DNA of 64,000 nt from contig CATNEN010000001.1 in the NCBI GenBank assembly GCA_950097015.1, positions 19,716,001-19,780,000 on the forward strand, written 5' to 3'. The number at the start of each line of letters is the position of its first letter. The first letter of the stretch is position 1. Of this stretch, positions 1-12,707 are shown piece after piece. The notes beneath the pieces were generated by a model. The model had not been told where the DNA came from. It saw nothing but the letters and a program-made list of their open reading frames with translations, and ran no database searches. The translations under genes and the position numbers were made by a program. This stretch comes from Macrostomum hystrix. Taxonomy: Eukaryota > Animalia > Platyhelminthes.

Positions 1-120
1 CGTGTGCCTGCGTACAGCAGTCAGCGAAATGGGCAGAATTGCCTCCTCGCTGGCTGCGGGTCTGGTGTCACCACGTGACGTGCCATTGCTCGCAGCCCTC
101 CTGCAATTACTACTATCATT
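1..120 (+). mobile_element. 3' end of tRNA-derived SINE family A (cut by window edge)
   Basis: GTCAGCGAAATGGGCAGAATTGCCTCCTCGCTGGCTGCGGG...GCAGCCCTCCTGCAATTA closely matches the 3' part of the full copies at 10593 and 30395. Confidence 0.85.
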
Positions 121-195
121 ATTGTGTTTGCGCGCAGGACATTTGATTAATTTGTTATTCAGCTACGAGTTAAATGAAATGCATCTCCACCCGCA

Positions 196-486
196 GCAGA
201 TCTTCAGTCCAGTTCCGATCTGACCAACTCTGATGAGTCCATGCTGGATGTCGATGGTCGCAACGATGACTTCGAATCTTCCGCTAGCGGGCTCGATGAG
301 GTTTGGGGACATTCTCTGGCCTGGATTGACGAACGTGGAGACTTTGAGCGCTTCATCAGTTGTCCTAATGGACCACCTGGCCAGCTGCAGCAATCGAGCG
401 GCAGTAGGTCGAGGGTTCGAGCCCGAATCTGGAGACCGACTCAAATAGCGACAGGAATCTGGTTCGGAGGCGGCGGTGACTTTTGA
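196..486 (+). CDS. possible terminal coding exon of an upstream gene, product unknown
   Basis: Acceptor-like CTCCACCCGCAG at ~195, then an open GC-rich frame (..SMLDVDGRNDDFESS..GGGGDF*); no recognisable motif. Confidence 0.25.
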   Translation, partial: ADLQSSSDLTNSDESMLDVDGRNDDFESSASGLDEVWGHSLAWIDERGDFERFISCPNGPPGQLQQSSGSRSRVRARIWRPTQIATGIWFGGGGDF

Positions 487-1887
487 TTCGACCTGGACTT
501 GTGACAATATTTAAAGATTCTGATAAGATCCAATCGATAAACCTAAAAGGCTACATTTCACGATAGTTTTGTTCATAATGACACATTTTCTCAGCAAATG
601 TTTAGTTTTAATTAAAATACATATTCATCGCAATATTTAAAATATACTTTTTTTGATTTTATAAGGCAAAATGAATTAGCTTTACGTGTTTATTTTATTT
701 TACACGCAGTAAAATCTTCTAAATCTTGTGAATCCTTTTAGCCAGGGTAAACTTAAGAATTTAACAGTAGGACTACCCAGAAATTTTGTCGTCCGTTTTT
801 ATATCAAGTGGAAATGCCCCATTAATTTTTTGCAGCGCCTGAATGCAAACAGCGTTGGGTGGTGACTAATTGGTTGGCAGACTAGGCGATGTTGTTTTGT
901 GGTTGAGCTGAGTCTAATATTTAGGCTTGATCAGTGAAATTCGAGAAATTCGCGTCAAGGTGTCAATAGTGGCCTAGTTCCAGCTGTAGCCCTTGAAGGT
1001 CCAGCAGTCCGTCTAGATAAAGGTAGGTGACCACCGAAGACGGAGATGATGCATACAGGCACATTTGGGTGACATGCAGATGCATTTTGAAGGCCTGGCA
1101 AGGCCGCACTGAGGCGCGGTGCTAATTTGTGTTTAGGAGTGAATGAAATGCACTAGCGCTTATGTAAAAAATTCGACATTCGGCCAGAAACATTGAATAT
1201 CTCGACGGTCTGAAGGGCTGGCGACTTGATTATTGTTTCAAAAGATACGCGAAAAAAGTTGGCCAGGGTGTAGTTCCACTGTTAAGTGATTATGTGGCCT
1301 GATCAAGGACACAAATCGTTTTAAATTGAACTTCAGATATTCTGAAACCTGTTCCTGAGTAAAAAGTAAAAAAATTGGAAAAATCCACGATATGTTGTAT
1401 GGTTGTATATTGTTTTATTGTAGCATATCTGACAAAAATGTGAATTCTATGGGGGTAATAAAACGCGTTGACAATATACTCGAGAAGCAATGGCCTAGAA
1501 AAAGCATTGACATCTTATATGTATAGAATCTACCCACATTACACAAAGTCATGAAGCCACTGATACCTGAACGACAAAGTTAAATAACACCCATTACACC
1601 CTGTGATTGGCTAGTATTTTGGAAACACTCTAAAGTATATACATATATTATATGAGACATTGGAAACTAAACAACAGATGAATCTTTTCTGCTTATTCTG
1701 TATCGAGTTTCAAGTAATTGACATTTACGCATAGTCCTATTAATAGTTTCAGTTCAATGTCTGTCAGTAGATATCTTATTTAGTATCTAACTTTTTGTTC
1801 ATCGGTTAAGGCAAGTTTATACACGATGATGTTTACTCTTTGATAAAGTTTCATTTAAGCATTAAATAAATGTGCACAAAACGAGAG

Positions 1888-2385
1888 TGAATGAGGGGAG
1901 AAGCAGGGGAGAATCAGGGGAGAATCAGGGGAGAATCAGGGGAGAATCAGGGGAGAATCAGGGGAGAATCAGGGAAGAATCAGGGGAGAGTGAGGGGAGA
2001 ATCAGGGGAGAATGAGGAGAGAATGAGAGAATGAGGGGAGAATCAGGATAGAATGAGGGGAGAATCAGGGGAGAATCAGGGAAGAATCAGGGGAGAATCA
2101 GGGAAGAATCAGGGAAGAATCAGAGAAGAATCAGGGAAGAATCAGGGGAGAATCAGAGAAGAATCAGGGGAGAATCAGGGGAGAATCAGGGAAGAATCAG
2201 GGGAGAGTGAGGGGAGAATCAGGGGAGAATGAGGAGAGAATGAGAGAATGAGGGGAGAATCAGGATAGAATGAGGGGAGAATCAGGGGAGAATCAGGGAA
2301 GAATCAGGGGAGAATCAGGGAAGAATCAGGGAAGAATCAGAGAAGAATCAGAGAAGAATCAGGGGAGAATCAGGGGAGAATGAGT
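1888..2385. repeat. 12-bp minisatellite (GGGAGAATCAGG)n with an internal ~217-bp duplication
   Basis: Directly visible; the variant block GAGTGAGGGG...CAGGATAG occurs at ~1988 and ~2205. Confidence 0.95.
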
Positions 2386-3894
2386 GGGCAATGAGGCTAA
2401 GTTCTCCATGGAACAATGAGTCTTAAAGAAATCATAGGACATCTTAGAAAACCAGCGAATCCCTTATCGATCCACTGAGATTCACGTCAGCCGCCAAATC
2501 AGATCAAGTGGTCTCCATCCACTTCTCACTGGTCAGTAGCTCTACACGCGAACCAATAATCAATATGATGGTCTTTGTTTATTGAATTTTCGCATTGGCA
2601 CACAATCTTTGTCCAAAGTAGTCCCTGAGAATGATCAACCTCACCCATTGGTCTCACACGCGATGAGAAAGTGACAGTGGGGTGTTGGAGACCATTTCCT
2701 CCTATTTTTCTCGCCAATTTGAGCACGGCACACAATGGCGATGTTGTTTTTTGCGAATTGTATTAAGGAATGTTGAGCAATGAGCATTCATGCTCAATTA
2801 AGAGACTCTTTTGCATGTCTCCGCGCACTTCGAGGGAGTCTGAAGTGGCGCCGTGAAATGCTAAGATATTCCTGCAGTATAGCCTAGTTTAATAGTTGAA
2901 GAAACAAAGACAATGATTAAAACAAAGACATCCTTCATGATTATAAGGTGACAAGATGGGGTCAAGCAATACAATAGACTAACAAACGGAAAATGAAATC
3001 GCAGAGCACATGAAAAGGTGAGCCACCGTGTTAGCTCTAGCCGCCATGGCAACAAAAGCTTCTACTTTCTCTTCGCGACGAAAAAAACACCTAAATTAAT
3101 TAATTACATTGCTTGTCTTCTTGAGTTCAATAATTGAGAAGAACTCAAATTTGATTGCTCTAAATACTGGCTTCTTTTGATTCACCGAATTTATGTTTTC
3201 TTTCCTGCAATTCTTATCGATCCCAGATTTGTTTTGATTGTAAAATTGTTGCAACATATGTTGCTGCATTGCTATCAGCTCAAGCCAATGACCTTTGACA
3301 GTAGCTAAGGAGAGTCTACAAGTATAAGATTAGGAACCTGTCAAACATCATTTTTTCTATTGAGCTCCCGTAAAGCCCACTTGAGTATAGCGGAGTAGCT
3401 TTTTGATTGACACCATGCTCAATTCTTATCGGATGGTTTTGAAATTGTTTGCTCAATCACTGACAAGGATGCACGTTATTGAAAAAAGAACAGTTTTTTA
3501 GCCTGAAGCTGAAAGATTCCACGCGCTCAGGCGGGGGATTCTGGAGACAGACTGAGCAGCTAGTTTGTTCCCACACTGGGATTTCTGCAGGTTTGGGGCG
3601 TTGCCACTTGCCCTCGAGTTCCCACGACTTGGATCCTCCTTTGAAGTGGATCGCAGGATGATGAAAAGGAAATGAAATTCAACATTATGAAGATGGCGGG
3701 CCATTGCGTGCCGGCCGAACTGCGCACTTACCACCGACTGTCTCTGTGTTATCGAGTCACTAAAACAAAGATCCATTTGCGCAATATCAAATTAACTAGA
3801 CTGAAATACTGTGGAAAATTAACAAAAATCAATAATCAATAGTAGAGGCAAAACCACAGAACATCGTTGAATTCAGTTTTTTTATTCAGCGTTC

Positions 3895-4525
3895 TATCAT
3901 TCTTCTATCATTCTTCCCCTTCTCTCTTTCTTCTCCTTCTCTCTTTCTTTCCCTTCTCTCTTTCTTCCCCTTCTCTCTTTCTTCCCCTTCTCTCTTTCTT
4001 CCCCTTCTCTCTTTCTTCCCCTTCTCTCTTTCTTCCCCTTCTCTCTTTCTTCCCATTCTCTCTTTCTTCCCATTCTCTCTTTCTTCCCCTTCTCTCTTTC
4101 TTCCCCTTCTCTCTTTCTTCCCCTTCTCTCTTTCTTCCCCTTCTCTCTTTCTTCCCCTTCTCTCTTTCTTCCCCTTCTCTCTTTCTTCCCCTTCTCTCTT
4201 TCTTCCCCTTCTCTCTTTCTTCCCCTTCTCTCTTTCTTCCCCTTCTCTCTTTCTTCCCCTTCTCTCTTTCTTCCCCTTCTCTCCCTCCACCCCTTCTCTC
4301 CCTCTTCCCCTTCTCTCCCTCTTCCCCTTCTCTCCCTCTTCCCCTTCTCTCCCTCTTCCCCTTCTCTCCCTCTTCCCCTTCTCTCCCTCTTCCCCTTCTC
4401 TCCCTCTTCCCCTTCTCTCCCTCTTCCCCTTCTCTCCCTCTTCCCCTTCTCTCCCTCTTCCCCTTCTCTCCCTCTTCCCCTTCTCTCCCTCTTCCCCTTC
4501 TCTCCCTATCCCATTCTCTTTCCTC
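3895..4525. repeat. CT-rich 18-bp tandem repeat (CTTCCCCTTCTCTCTTT/CCCT)
   Basis: Directly visible; the ORFs here are repeat artefacts. Confidence 0.95.
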
Positions 4526-5714
4526 CTATATTTAGCACAATTTACCTGTCAAAACTCTGCATAATGAGCGGCTGAACAGATTTATTCATCTCTTACTGGA
4601 AACTGAGGCGCCCTTATTTACTCCAAGAAGAACGATTGGCGAAAAATGAAACTGGAGAGTTTGAGCAAACTTTATTCGAATCGAGTCTCCAAGCTACCTG
4701 AGTGGGGAAGAGGTTTTTTGAGAGAACTGATATCCCCTCCCCTTCTATAGGTGCTTGAGCTGTCGGCTGCTCGTGTTTGTACTGTGCAGCCGGCCCCCAG
4801 TGTTGGGGAGTCGTGACTTTCTCCTCAAAAAAGTTATCCCATTAGATTGGGGGATAAGGGAGTGTGATTTAATATCTCGCTATCTCCGAGGGAGCAGCAG
4901 AACCTTATCTGCTTCTCTCCAGTGCCAACATTCTCCCTCTGTTTTTAGTTTTTTTCTTCTCAAATTTTTCCTGTCGAGCAGCGTGGAGCGGTCACGTGTG
5001 GCGACTACATGCAGATTCTTGGTCCAGGTGGCGCAGAGAGAGAAGCGCAGATGAATTTTTCCCCTCCCGAGGAGTCTTGTTTCAGGTCGTACCTACGAGA
5101 AATGCAAATTCGTCGGCGCAGTGCTTGGCTTGTGCAGCCCAAGTTGATTAGTTTAAGTTTGGCACGCGCCATATTAGGTCAATTATAAAATTATCGCTAC
5201 GAATTTTCGTTTGACGCTACTCACGGTAGAGTAATACAAGCATGAACATCGAAAAGAAAACAATGCTTAAGAAACAGGAACATAAACAATAAAGCCTAAA
5301 TAGCCATTTCTTCATGAGCACTTGTTTTCGACTTCGATAGATTAAGATAAATCGATAATTTTCTAGACTAGCCCTTTCTGTAGATTAAAATATCGCATTC
5401 ACCAAGAATTGACTAGAGTGCGGTGTTGGAGTAAGGGTCTTGGGGGTTTGAAGTTTGGATGGAGTGGGGGTGGGGCAGAACTAACCAATCGGATCGCATG
5501 CCTACAACGTACAGTGTGAAAGTATCCATAATGTACTCGTACATACGGGACTGGAGGGAGGGTGTTGACGTCTGAGTGGAAAGAAAATAAATCGCTCTCA
5601 CTTGGTCAGGCTTTGCGAAAACAGGTCTATTAAACTTAAAAGTACACAATCAAACCAAACCAGCTAGTTGAAAAAAAATTCTCTCCAAGCAGAGCAATAA
5701 CAATCCCATTTAGG

Positions 5715-8671
5715 ATGCTGTTATTTTCGATATTAATCTTAACTGTACTAAGCAGACCAAGCGTTTCCATGACAACAGAGCCCGGCCAGCAGTCCCAGCG
5801 GTGCCAAAGTCTGTGCACCTCCTGTCAGTCATTGAGGCCGGCCAGAATCAGCCAGATCTGTTCTATGAGCCTGCTCACTGGCTGCGGCTGCCCCGAGAAC
5901 GCCTTGGACTTGACCTCGGCTACCACACCGACGTCGGCATCTGTCAACGATTCGGCTAGCAGATTGAAGAATAGTTGTCCGCAGGTTGAGAAGGACACTG
6001 CTGGATTCTGTCCTCATGGTGAGTGAGCAAGAGATCCAGACTAAAGACACTAGGTAATCCCAGATTTAGATAATCCCCGATCCAGTTAATCCTAAAAGTC
6101 ATGATAATCCAACAAAAGGTCCTGATAAACCTACAAAAGGTCCTGAAAATCCTTCAGATCCTGATAATCCCACTCGTGCTCACAGGGCAGCAGACGGACT
6201 CATCCGGCTGTCCGACTGCGCTCTGCCGTCAGCCGCCCGGCTGTCCGGCTTTTGCAGCCTCCGGCCACCGCGCCTGCCGCCTGTTCTGCCCGTCCGGCTT
6301 CCAGACTGACTCGGCCGGCTGTCCAGTCTGTCGCTGCCGATGTGCCGACACCGAAGGCGTTGGCGGCGATGAACCGCTGCGCCAACAATGCTCCTCGGCC
6401 TGCGAGTCTGTCAAAGCAGTCGGGGGACTCGTCAGAGCCGCGCCGGACTCCGGCCAGTGCTTCGTCTGCGTCTGCCGTCAGGAGCAGCAGCCAGCAGCGA
6501 CCTCCGCGCCCGCTTCGACGCCCAGTGTCACCCCGTTGCCCTGCCTGCTCCGCTGTCCGAACAGCTGCGGCTCCCTCGGCTACGCTGACGGGGTGTCCCG
6601 CGATGAGCGCGGCTGCGTTAGGGACTGCTCCTGCCGCTGCCCCGCCACCGGGCAGCAGGTGCGGCTTATAATCCCCAAATTCCATCCTATTCTATGAATA
6701 TTCCTAGTTCCTTTAATCTGCATAAAAGTTGATTGCAAAAGTCAAACTTCACGGTCCCAAATAACCACCGGATCCTAAACATCCAAATCTAAAATCCCAA
6801 AATACTCTGATCCCCAAAGCAAGTCGACCTCAAACATGCCATTGCCACAAGCAGAATTGCCATCTCCAGAAGCCGCAAGCATTTGGATATTCTTAGGAGG
6901 GAGGGTGGCAGAGCAGTTAGCGCGTTTGCCTCTCGCGCCAAGGTCCCTGAGTTCGATTCCGCGGCGAGGCCGCATTCATTTTGGGCGCAGCCGCAGAGAA
7001 GTCTTGGGGGCTTGTCGTGCAATTTTCGCCCTTGAGGGCCAACCTCCGAGGCATATTGAGAGTGTACACTGCCTGACGATGAGAAAGTGAGGGCAGATGT
7101 ACACACTTGTGTGAGCGTGTGCCTGCGTTACAGTAACTGTGTGCGTGTGTGCTCAGGAGTCAGCGAAATGGGCAGAATTGCCTCCTCGCTGGCTGCGGGT
7201 CTAGTGTCACCATTGTATGTTTATGAATGATATTTGTATTCAATCTTTCTTAAGAGAAACAGGAGACTAGAGAAATCCAGAAAAGAACCGCTTAACAATC
7301 TGATCCTAATCATCCCCCGATTCCAAGAAATTGCATACCTCAAAAGCGTCTAGGAATCCCTAAAATGCCAAAAATTTCGATTTCGAATTTCCAATCCTGA
7401 GAAATCCCCGATTACGAAATGCATTTTTTCAAGCATGAAGTTCCGGAAAAGGATAAGACCCATTTTTTTCATCCTCTTCCAGGCGTGTCCCACTGGCGAG
7501 AGTTGCCTCCGCTGGGAGATCAATCAGTTTGGCTGTCAGGTGTGCTCAAGCTGTTCTCAAACTCAACGCTTAGCTATCGGCTGCGTTACTAAATCGAGTT
7601 TGCGGCTGTCAAATTCTATGGAACGCCTCTGCCCAACTGACTGTCCGATGCAGCAGTTCTCAATTAGCGAGGATTCGAGCACCGGCTGTCTTACCTGCGC
7701 CTGCACTGCGCCTCAGGTGCCGACAAGTGCTTCAGGCTTCTCCGGGCGAGCTGGCCAAAATAATGATAAGAATCGCGTGAAACAGTGCTTAGTACCGGAG
7801 CCAAGGTGTACTAATAACTGCGGACCTCACGGCTACCTGCGCGATTCACAGGTGATTCACTAGGTTGATTGCTGATTCATTTGATTGGTTGATTCGTTTG
7901 ATTGGCTGATTCGTTTGATTGGCTGATTCGTTTGATTGGCTGATTCGTTTAATTGGCTGATTCGTTTGATTGGCTGATTCGTTTAATTGGCTGATTCGTT
8001 TGATTGGTTGATTGATTTAATTGGCTGATTTGTTTTATAGGTTTATTAATTTAAATTATTGGTTTGAATAATTTGATTGATTTATTTATTTATCGGTTAA
8101 TGTACTTCTTTTTTTGTTGATTTTTTTATTGACAAAATCATTTCATTGACATATGATTAAAAAAATTAGATTGTTCCATTAATCAGACTAATTATTTGGC
8201 TAGATAAATACCGGCTATTTGTTCACTTATTACTGATTGATTGGTTCACAATAACATACCATACACTAACGTGAACCCATCACACAGGGCTGCCTCCTAC
8301 CCGGCTGTTCCTGCAGCTGCCCCGATCTCAACACCTGCATTGCCAGCTGCAGCAGCACAGGCAATTTCACAGTTGCCAGGGACGCTTACGGTTGCCACGT
8401 GTGTCACTGTGCCGCCTTCTCTTCTAGTGGCAACAATTGCCCGGCCCAATTCAGGTGTTCCGGTAGCTGCGGCCATCACGGCTACGAGAGTGACCCAGTG
8501 ACCGGCTGCCAAACCAGCTGCCAGTGCAGCTGCCCCAGGAGGAGCTGCAGCTGCAACTATGGCAGCCGACAGGACGAGTTTGGCTGTGACACCTGCGTGT
8601 GCAACACGGCTGCCGACTTTCTCCGAATGCCCTTCCCCAGCCACAATCAGCTGCTTTGGTTTGGCCCATAG
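5715..8671 (+). CDS. secreted cysteine-rich antistasin-repeat protein (putative serine protease inhibitor), ~509 aa; exons 5715-6018, 6186-6658, 7483-7851, 8288-8671
   Basis: Signal peptide MLLFSILILTVLS; antistasin-type motifs CRLFCPSGFQTDSAGCPVCRC, CGHHGYESDPVTGCQTSCQC, CNYGSRQDEFGCDTCVC; all introns GT-AG and frame-compatible (1530 nt). Confidence 0.85.
6898..7211 (+). mobile_element. SINE family A copy in intron 2 of the antistasin gene, 3'-truncated
   Basis: Pol III A box TGGCAGAGCAG, B box GTTCGATTCC; body matches the other copies. Confidence 0.85.
7865..8040. repeat. 17-bp tandem repeat (TTGATTGGCTGATTCGT)n, intronic
   Basis: Directly visible. Confidence 0.9.
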
Positions 8672-9123
8672 ACTAATGTGGGCTCTGATTTTGAATTAGT
8701 GAAGTACAGAATGGATTGCTAGTCTATTCACACTGTCTTTGTACTTTGATCCAAAATACGTGTCATTCGGTTGTAATTGTTAACAAATCGATAATAATTT
8801 TCGATCTAAATATAAAATATTTATCTTTTAATGGATATTGGCCCGCATGCAGAATGCTCCGTCTAAGGCAGTATCAGCTTAAAATTCAAGCCTGGTCTAG
8901 GGCAGACTCTTGAGCAGACTAGATTGAGGTAAAGAGAGAAGCAGCGATTGGTAATCACGGCAATGAGGCTATGTTCTAACGTTTTGACTGTAGTTTTAAT
9001 GCATTGAAAAGCTCATTGAAACTCATTGAATATCCTGTTCTAACGAAAAAATTACACAAAACAACAATGTTCAAATTTTGATAACACAGGGCTCAATTCG
9101 CTCAGGTAGCAATAGTGTCCAAT

Positions 9124-9830
9124 CAAAACAGGCCTAAAGACTTCGACTCTTGTTCTTTGGCATCTTTGCCACGTCGCAAGAGATCTCTGATCTCCTTCAA
9201 GACTTCAATCTTCTCGCGCTCCAAAGCCAGGTGGTCAGTGCCAGCTTATTTTCGTTCAAAGCCGACGAGTTCGTCCGCGAAGTTGCTTTCGGCGGACTTC
9301 TTCACTCGGTGTCTACCATTTCTACCATTTAGACTACTTCCGTGGCCGACTGCAGCTTGCTAGAACTACTTCGCGGTTCCACCATGTCATCCAGCTGATT
9401 TCCTGGTGTCACCGGCGGAGATGGCGGCTTCGAGTTGTCTGTGCCGACGCTGAGACCAAAAGACAAAGGTGTCAGCTGCGGATTGCCTTCGCCAATGATT
9501 TGCAGCACCTTTAAGTCATTCAATGACAGTTTTGGAGGCGGTCCACCTCCAGTCTTCTTTGCACTTTTTTCTTTGAGCCGTTGTACAATGTTCTTCCATC
9601 ATTTTTGCACTTTCTCAACCGGGTAGTTAGTTTCGCACTGCTCATTGACCTGCGAAGTCACAACCTCCCAGGCAGTTGTTCTTCGCTTTCGACATGTCGG
9701 TGTTTGACCCTTTGATAAAATCGAAGATGACTGCCCCTGGAGGGCATCCAGAAGAACAGTTTCGTAGTCTTTTGCAGATGCCTTAAAATCACGAGTTTCT
9801 GCATACGTGCCTATATTTCCAGAGAGGAAT
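9124..9830 (-). pseudogene. Myb/SANT-like DNA-binding protein of a Harbinger transposon, disrupted
   Basis: Translates to ...RKRRTTAWEVVTSQVNEQCETNYPVEKVQK*WKNIVQRLKEKKSAKKTGGGPPP... (W..V...VN / WKN / KTGGG pattern), then a coiled-coil tail LEREKIEVLKEIRDLL; in-frame TGA at ~9600 and further stops. Confidence 0.75.
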
Positions 9831-10592
9831 GAAAATAGGTGAAATAGATGGGCCCTTTGCTCGACGTTAACTTTTGCTCGATCTCAAATTTTCGAACTCT
9901 TGCCCACTACTGGGATCTCCAAAAATATGACCTTGAATTTGGCGCTCGGTCTAGCCCAAAGATTATAAATACCCTATAGGTAGGCGAATGACCTTTTGGA
10001 AATCTGACGTCCTGGCTGCGTAACTTGACGTCATATTTCATAATTTTCGCAATAGCGTCCGATTTTGCATCAGAATTGCGTCAGATTTTGCGTGATGAAA
10101 TCTGACGCGTCATGAAATTGAATAAAAAGTAAGTTAAAATGATTGTTTTGATATGCGCTATAATTTAGTACAGTTCCTATAAGTAAATGCAGCTACGTTA
10201 TTCAGGGTGAGAAATGTGACGCGTGCAATGAAAAATGACGCGAGTTACGCTGAATGACTCGAAAATTAAAACAAAATCACGCGCAATTTTAAATCGCCAA
10301 TGTTGTTGCGACTTGCGTTCGAAGCTGTTTCAAATATTATTGTGTTATTTGAAACTAGTTGTTCGTTTGTTGGACTACAAAATGTACAGTGCGCTAAGAA
10401 GCTTTAGAATTTGAGGAGATCAAGTTTTATTTGATTTTGCAATTAATTTGAATGACACTAAATAATATAGATAGTGTGTATAAATTAATACATACCTGTG
10501 CTGTATATTCCTGTATACTCATACTGTCAAATGTTGTGTTGAGCCAATGTAATTAAGAGATAAATATTTACTCTTTATTTACTAAATGGAAA

Positions 10593-10960
10593 GGGGGGTC
10601 GGTGGCAGAGCGGTTAACGCGTTTACCTCTCGCACCACGGTCCCTAAGTTCGATTCCACGGCGAGGCCACATTTATTTAGGGCGCAGCCGCGGAGAGAAG
10701 GCTTGGTGGCTTGTCGTGCAATTGACGCCCTTGAGGGCCAACCTCCAAGACACAGTGAAGTGTACACTGCCTGACGATGAGAAAGTCAGGGCAGATGTAC
10801 ACACCTGTGCGAGCGAGTGCCTGCGTACGTGTGCCTGTGTGCGTGTGTGCTCAGGAGTCAGCGAAATGGGCAGAATTGCCTCCTCGCTGGCTGCGGGTCT
10901 AGTGTCACTAAATGATGTGCCATTGCCCGCAGCCCTCCTGCAATTATTATTATTATTTAC
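10593..10960 (+). mobile_element. SINE family A, full length
   Basis: A and B boxes, (ATT)n tail, 13-bp TSD TACTAAATGGAAA on both sides. Confidence 0.9.
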
Positions 10961-11749
10961 TACTAAATGGAAACTCAATTATCCAAGATTGCTTTGTAGG
11001 CAGGCGTTTGGTCATATGCCAATCTATTTTACTGTAGGCCTACTTTTGTATGTTAGGCCTATGTATGCCATGTCTATGCAATTGTAAAGTGAAGTATTAT
11101 ATCTGCAAAGCCAAAGGTTTATTATGTTTAAGTCTAACTAGGTAGCTATATAGTAAGATGGTCAAAGCTTATCTTATATTCTTATATTATCCATCAATTG
11201 TATTATTGATGTTGAGATAATAAATATAAGAATAAGCAACGATCCACGAAGCAACAGTCACTTCCGGCAACAAGAGCTGCATGTGCAGTTCTTTGAAAGT
11301 CCACCTACTCGTATGTGGATCAAGCTTGGAAATGTTAAGCCATTTGATTCATCTGACAGGCCACAGCAGGCTGATTCAGAGCTACTCGCTGCATTCACAA
11401 CCGCTTACGAAGCTACACTGTTCCTTCCGATGAACGACTGAATCGCTATCTTGATTAGAACCTCCTGCGCGCAATTTTTCTAAGCTTTCTTAGGAAAACC
11501 GGGCATTAAGATGCGAGTATTTACTTTTTGTCAATAATGAAGCGCTGTAATTCAGCCATATTTGGCGCATTTAATGTTTCGTTCATTGTGCTATTTTTCA
11601 ACCATTTTTATGCGCAACTCGCTTCCTATGCTACAGCTCAATCTTCATCAGTGCCGCATTAAACAGCGACTCAGAGTTGGGTTTTCACTCACTATATTAC
11701 TTTGCAGTAGAATGAAAGAAAATTCGCTTCTAAATTGTCACATGAATCT

Positions 11750-12112
11750 AATTTTCCATAGCCCACATCTGACCCGTCATTTTTCTAAACACGCAGTAGT
11801 TTTCCATAGCCCACATCTGACCCGTCATTTTTCTAAACACGCAGTAGTTTTCCATAGCCCACATCTGACCCGTCATTTTTCTAAACACACAGTAGTTTTC
11901 CATAGCCCACAGCTGACCCGTCATTTTTCTAAACACACAGTAGTTTTCCATAGCCCACATCTGACCCGTCATTTTTCTAAACACACAGTAGTTTTCCATA
12001 GCCCACATCTGACCCGTCATTTTTCTAAACACACAGTAGTTTTCCATAGCCCACATCTGACCCGTCATTTTTCTAAACACACAGTAGTTTTCCATAGCCC
12101 ACATCTGACCCG
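11750..12112. repeat. 48-bp tandem array, left part (~7.5 units)
   Basis: Unit GTAGTTTTCCATAGCCCACATCTGACCCGTCATTTTTCTAAACACACA. Confidence 0.95.
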
Positions 12113-12707
12113 TCCACTATACTAAAAATGAAATGGTTGGTTGGTTGGTTGGTTGGTTGGTTGGTTGTAATTGATTTTCTCCCGAACGGCTCAACCGATT
12201 TTCACCATTTCTTCACCAAAAGATGCCAAATATGGGGACAATTATACACCTATTTTTATTAAGCTTAACTTTATTGCTAAAGGGATTAAATATTCGAAAA
12301 ACATGATTTTTCAAAGGTCAAACCATCTTGGCCTATTGAGAATTTTACTCACTGCCGCTGAATTAGAATTGCATCGTCAAATTGCGCAACAACCCCTAGC
12401 TGATTGAATTTGAAGCCTGCACTCTGGAGACAAATGGGAAATAAATGTACACAACCAACCGCGAGACTGAGTGTACTCTATTTTCTTACTTCATTGTACA
12501 AAGCCAGAACTTTGAGAATTCATTTTATAAGGCTGATTTTTGCACCCACTAACCAACAGTCGGAATAGCCGATGTGTAGGCACTAGGAATAGGTTAGGCT
12601 AGGCTAGGGTTCGATTCTGCACTGCGTCAAATCATTTAGACTAATTTTCAGCCAGTAGTAATTGAAGATTATTTTAATTTATTTTTTCATTTCGTAAATA
12701 AAATATC

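Noticed and set aside
4547-5215. Solo LTR
   Set aside because: Minus-strand TATA and AATAAA-like signals are present, but no matching termini or TSD
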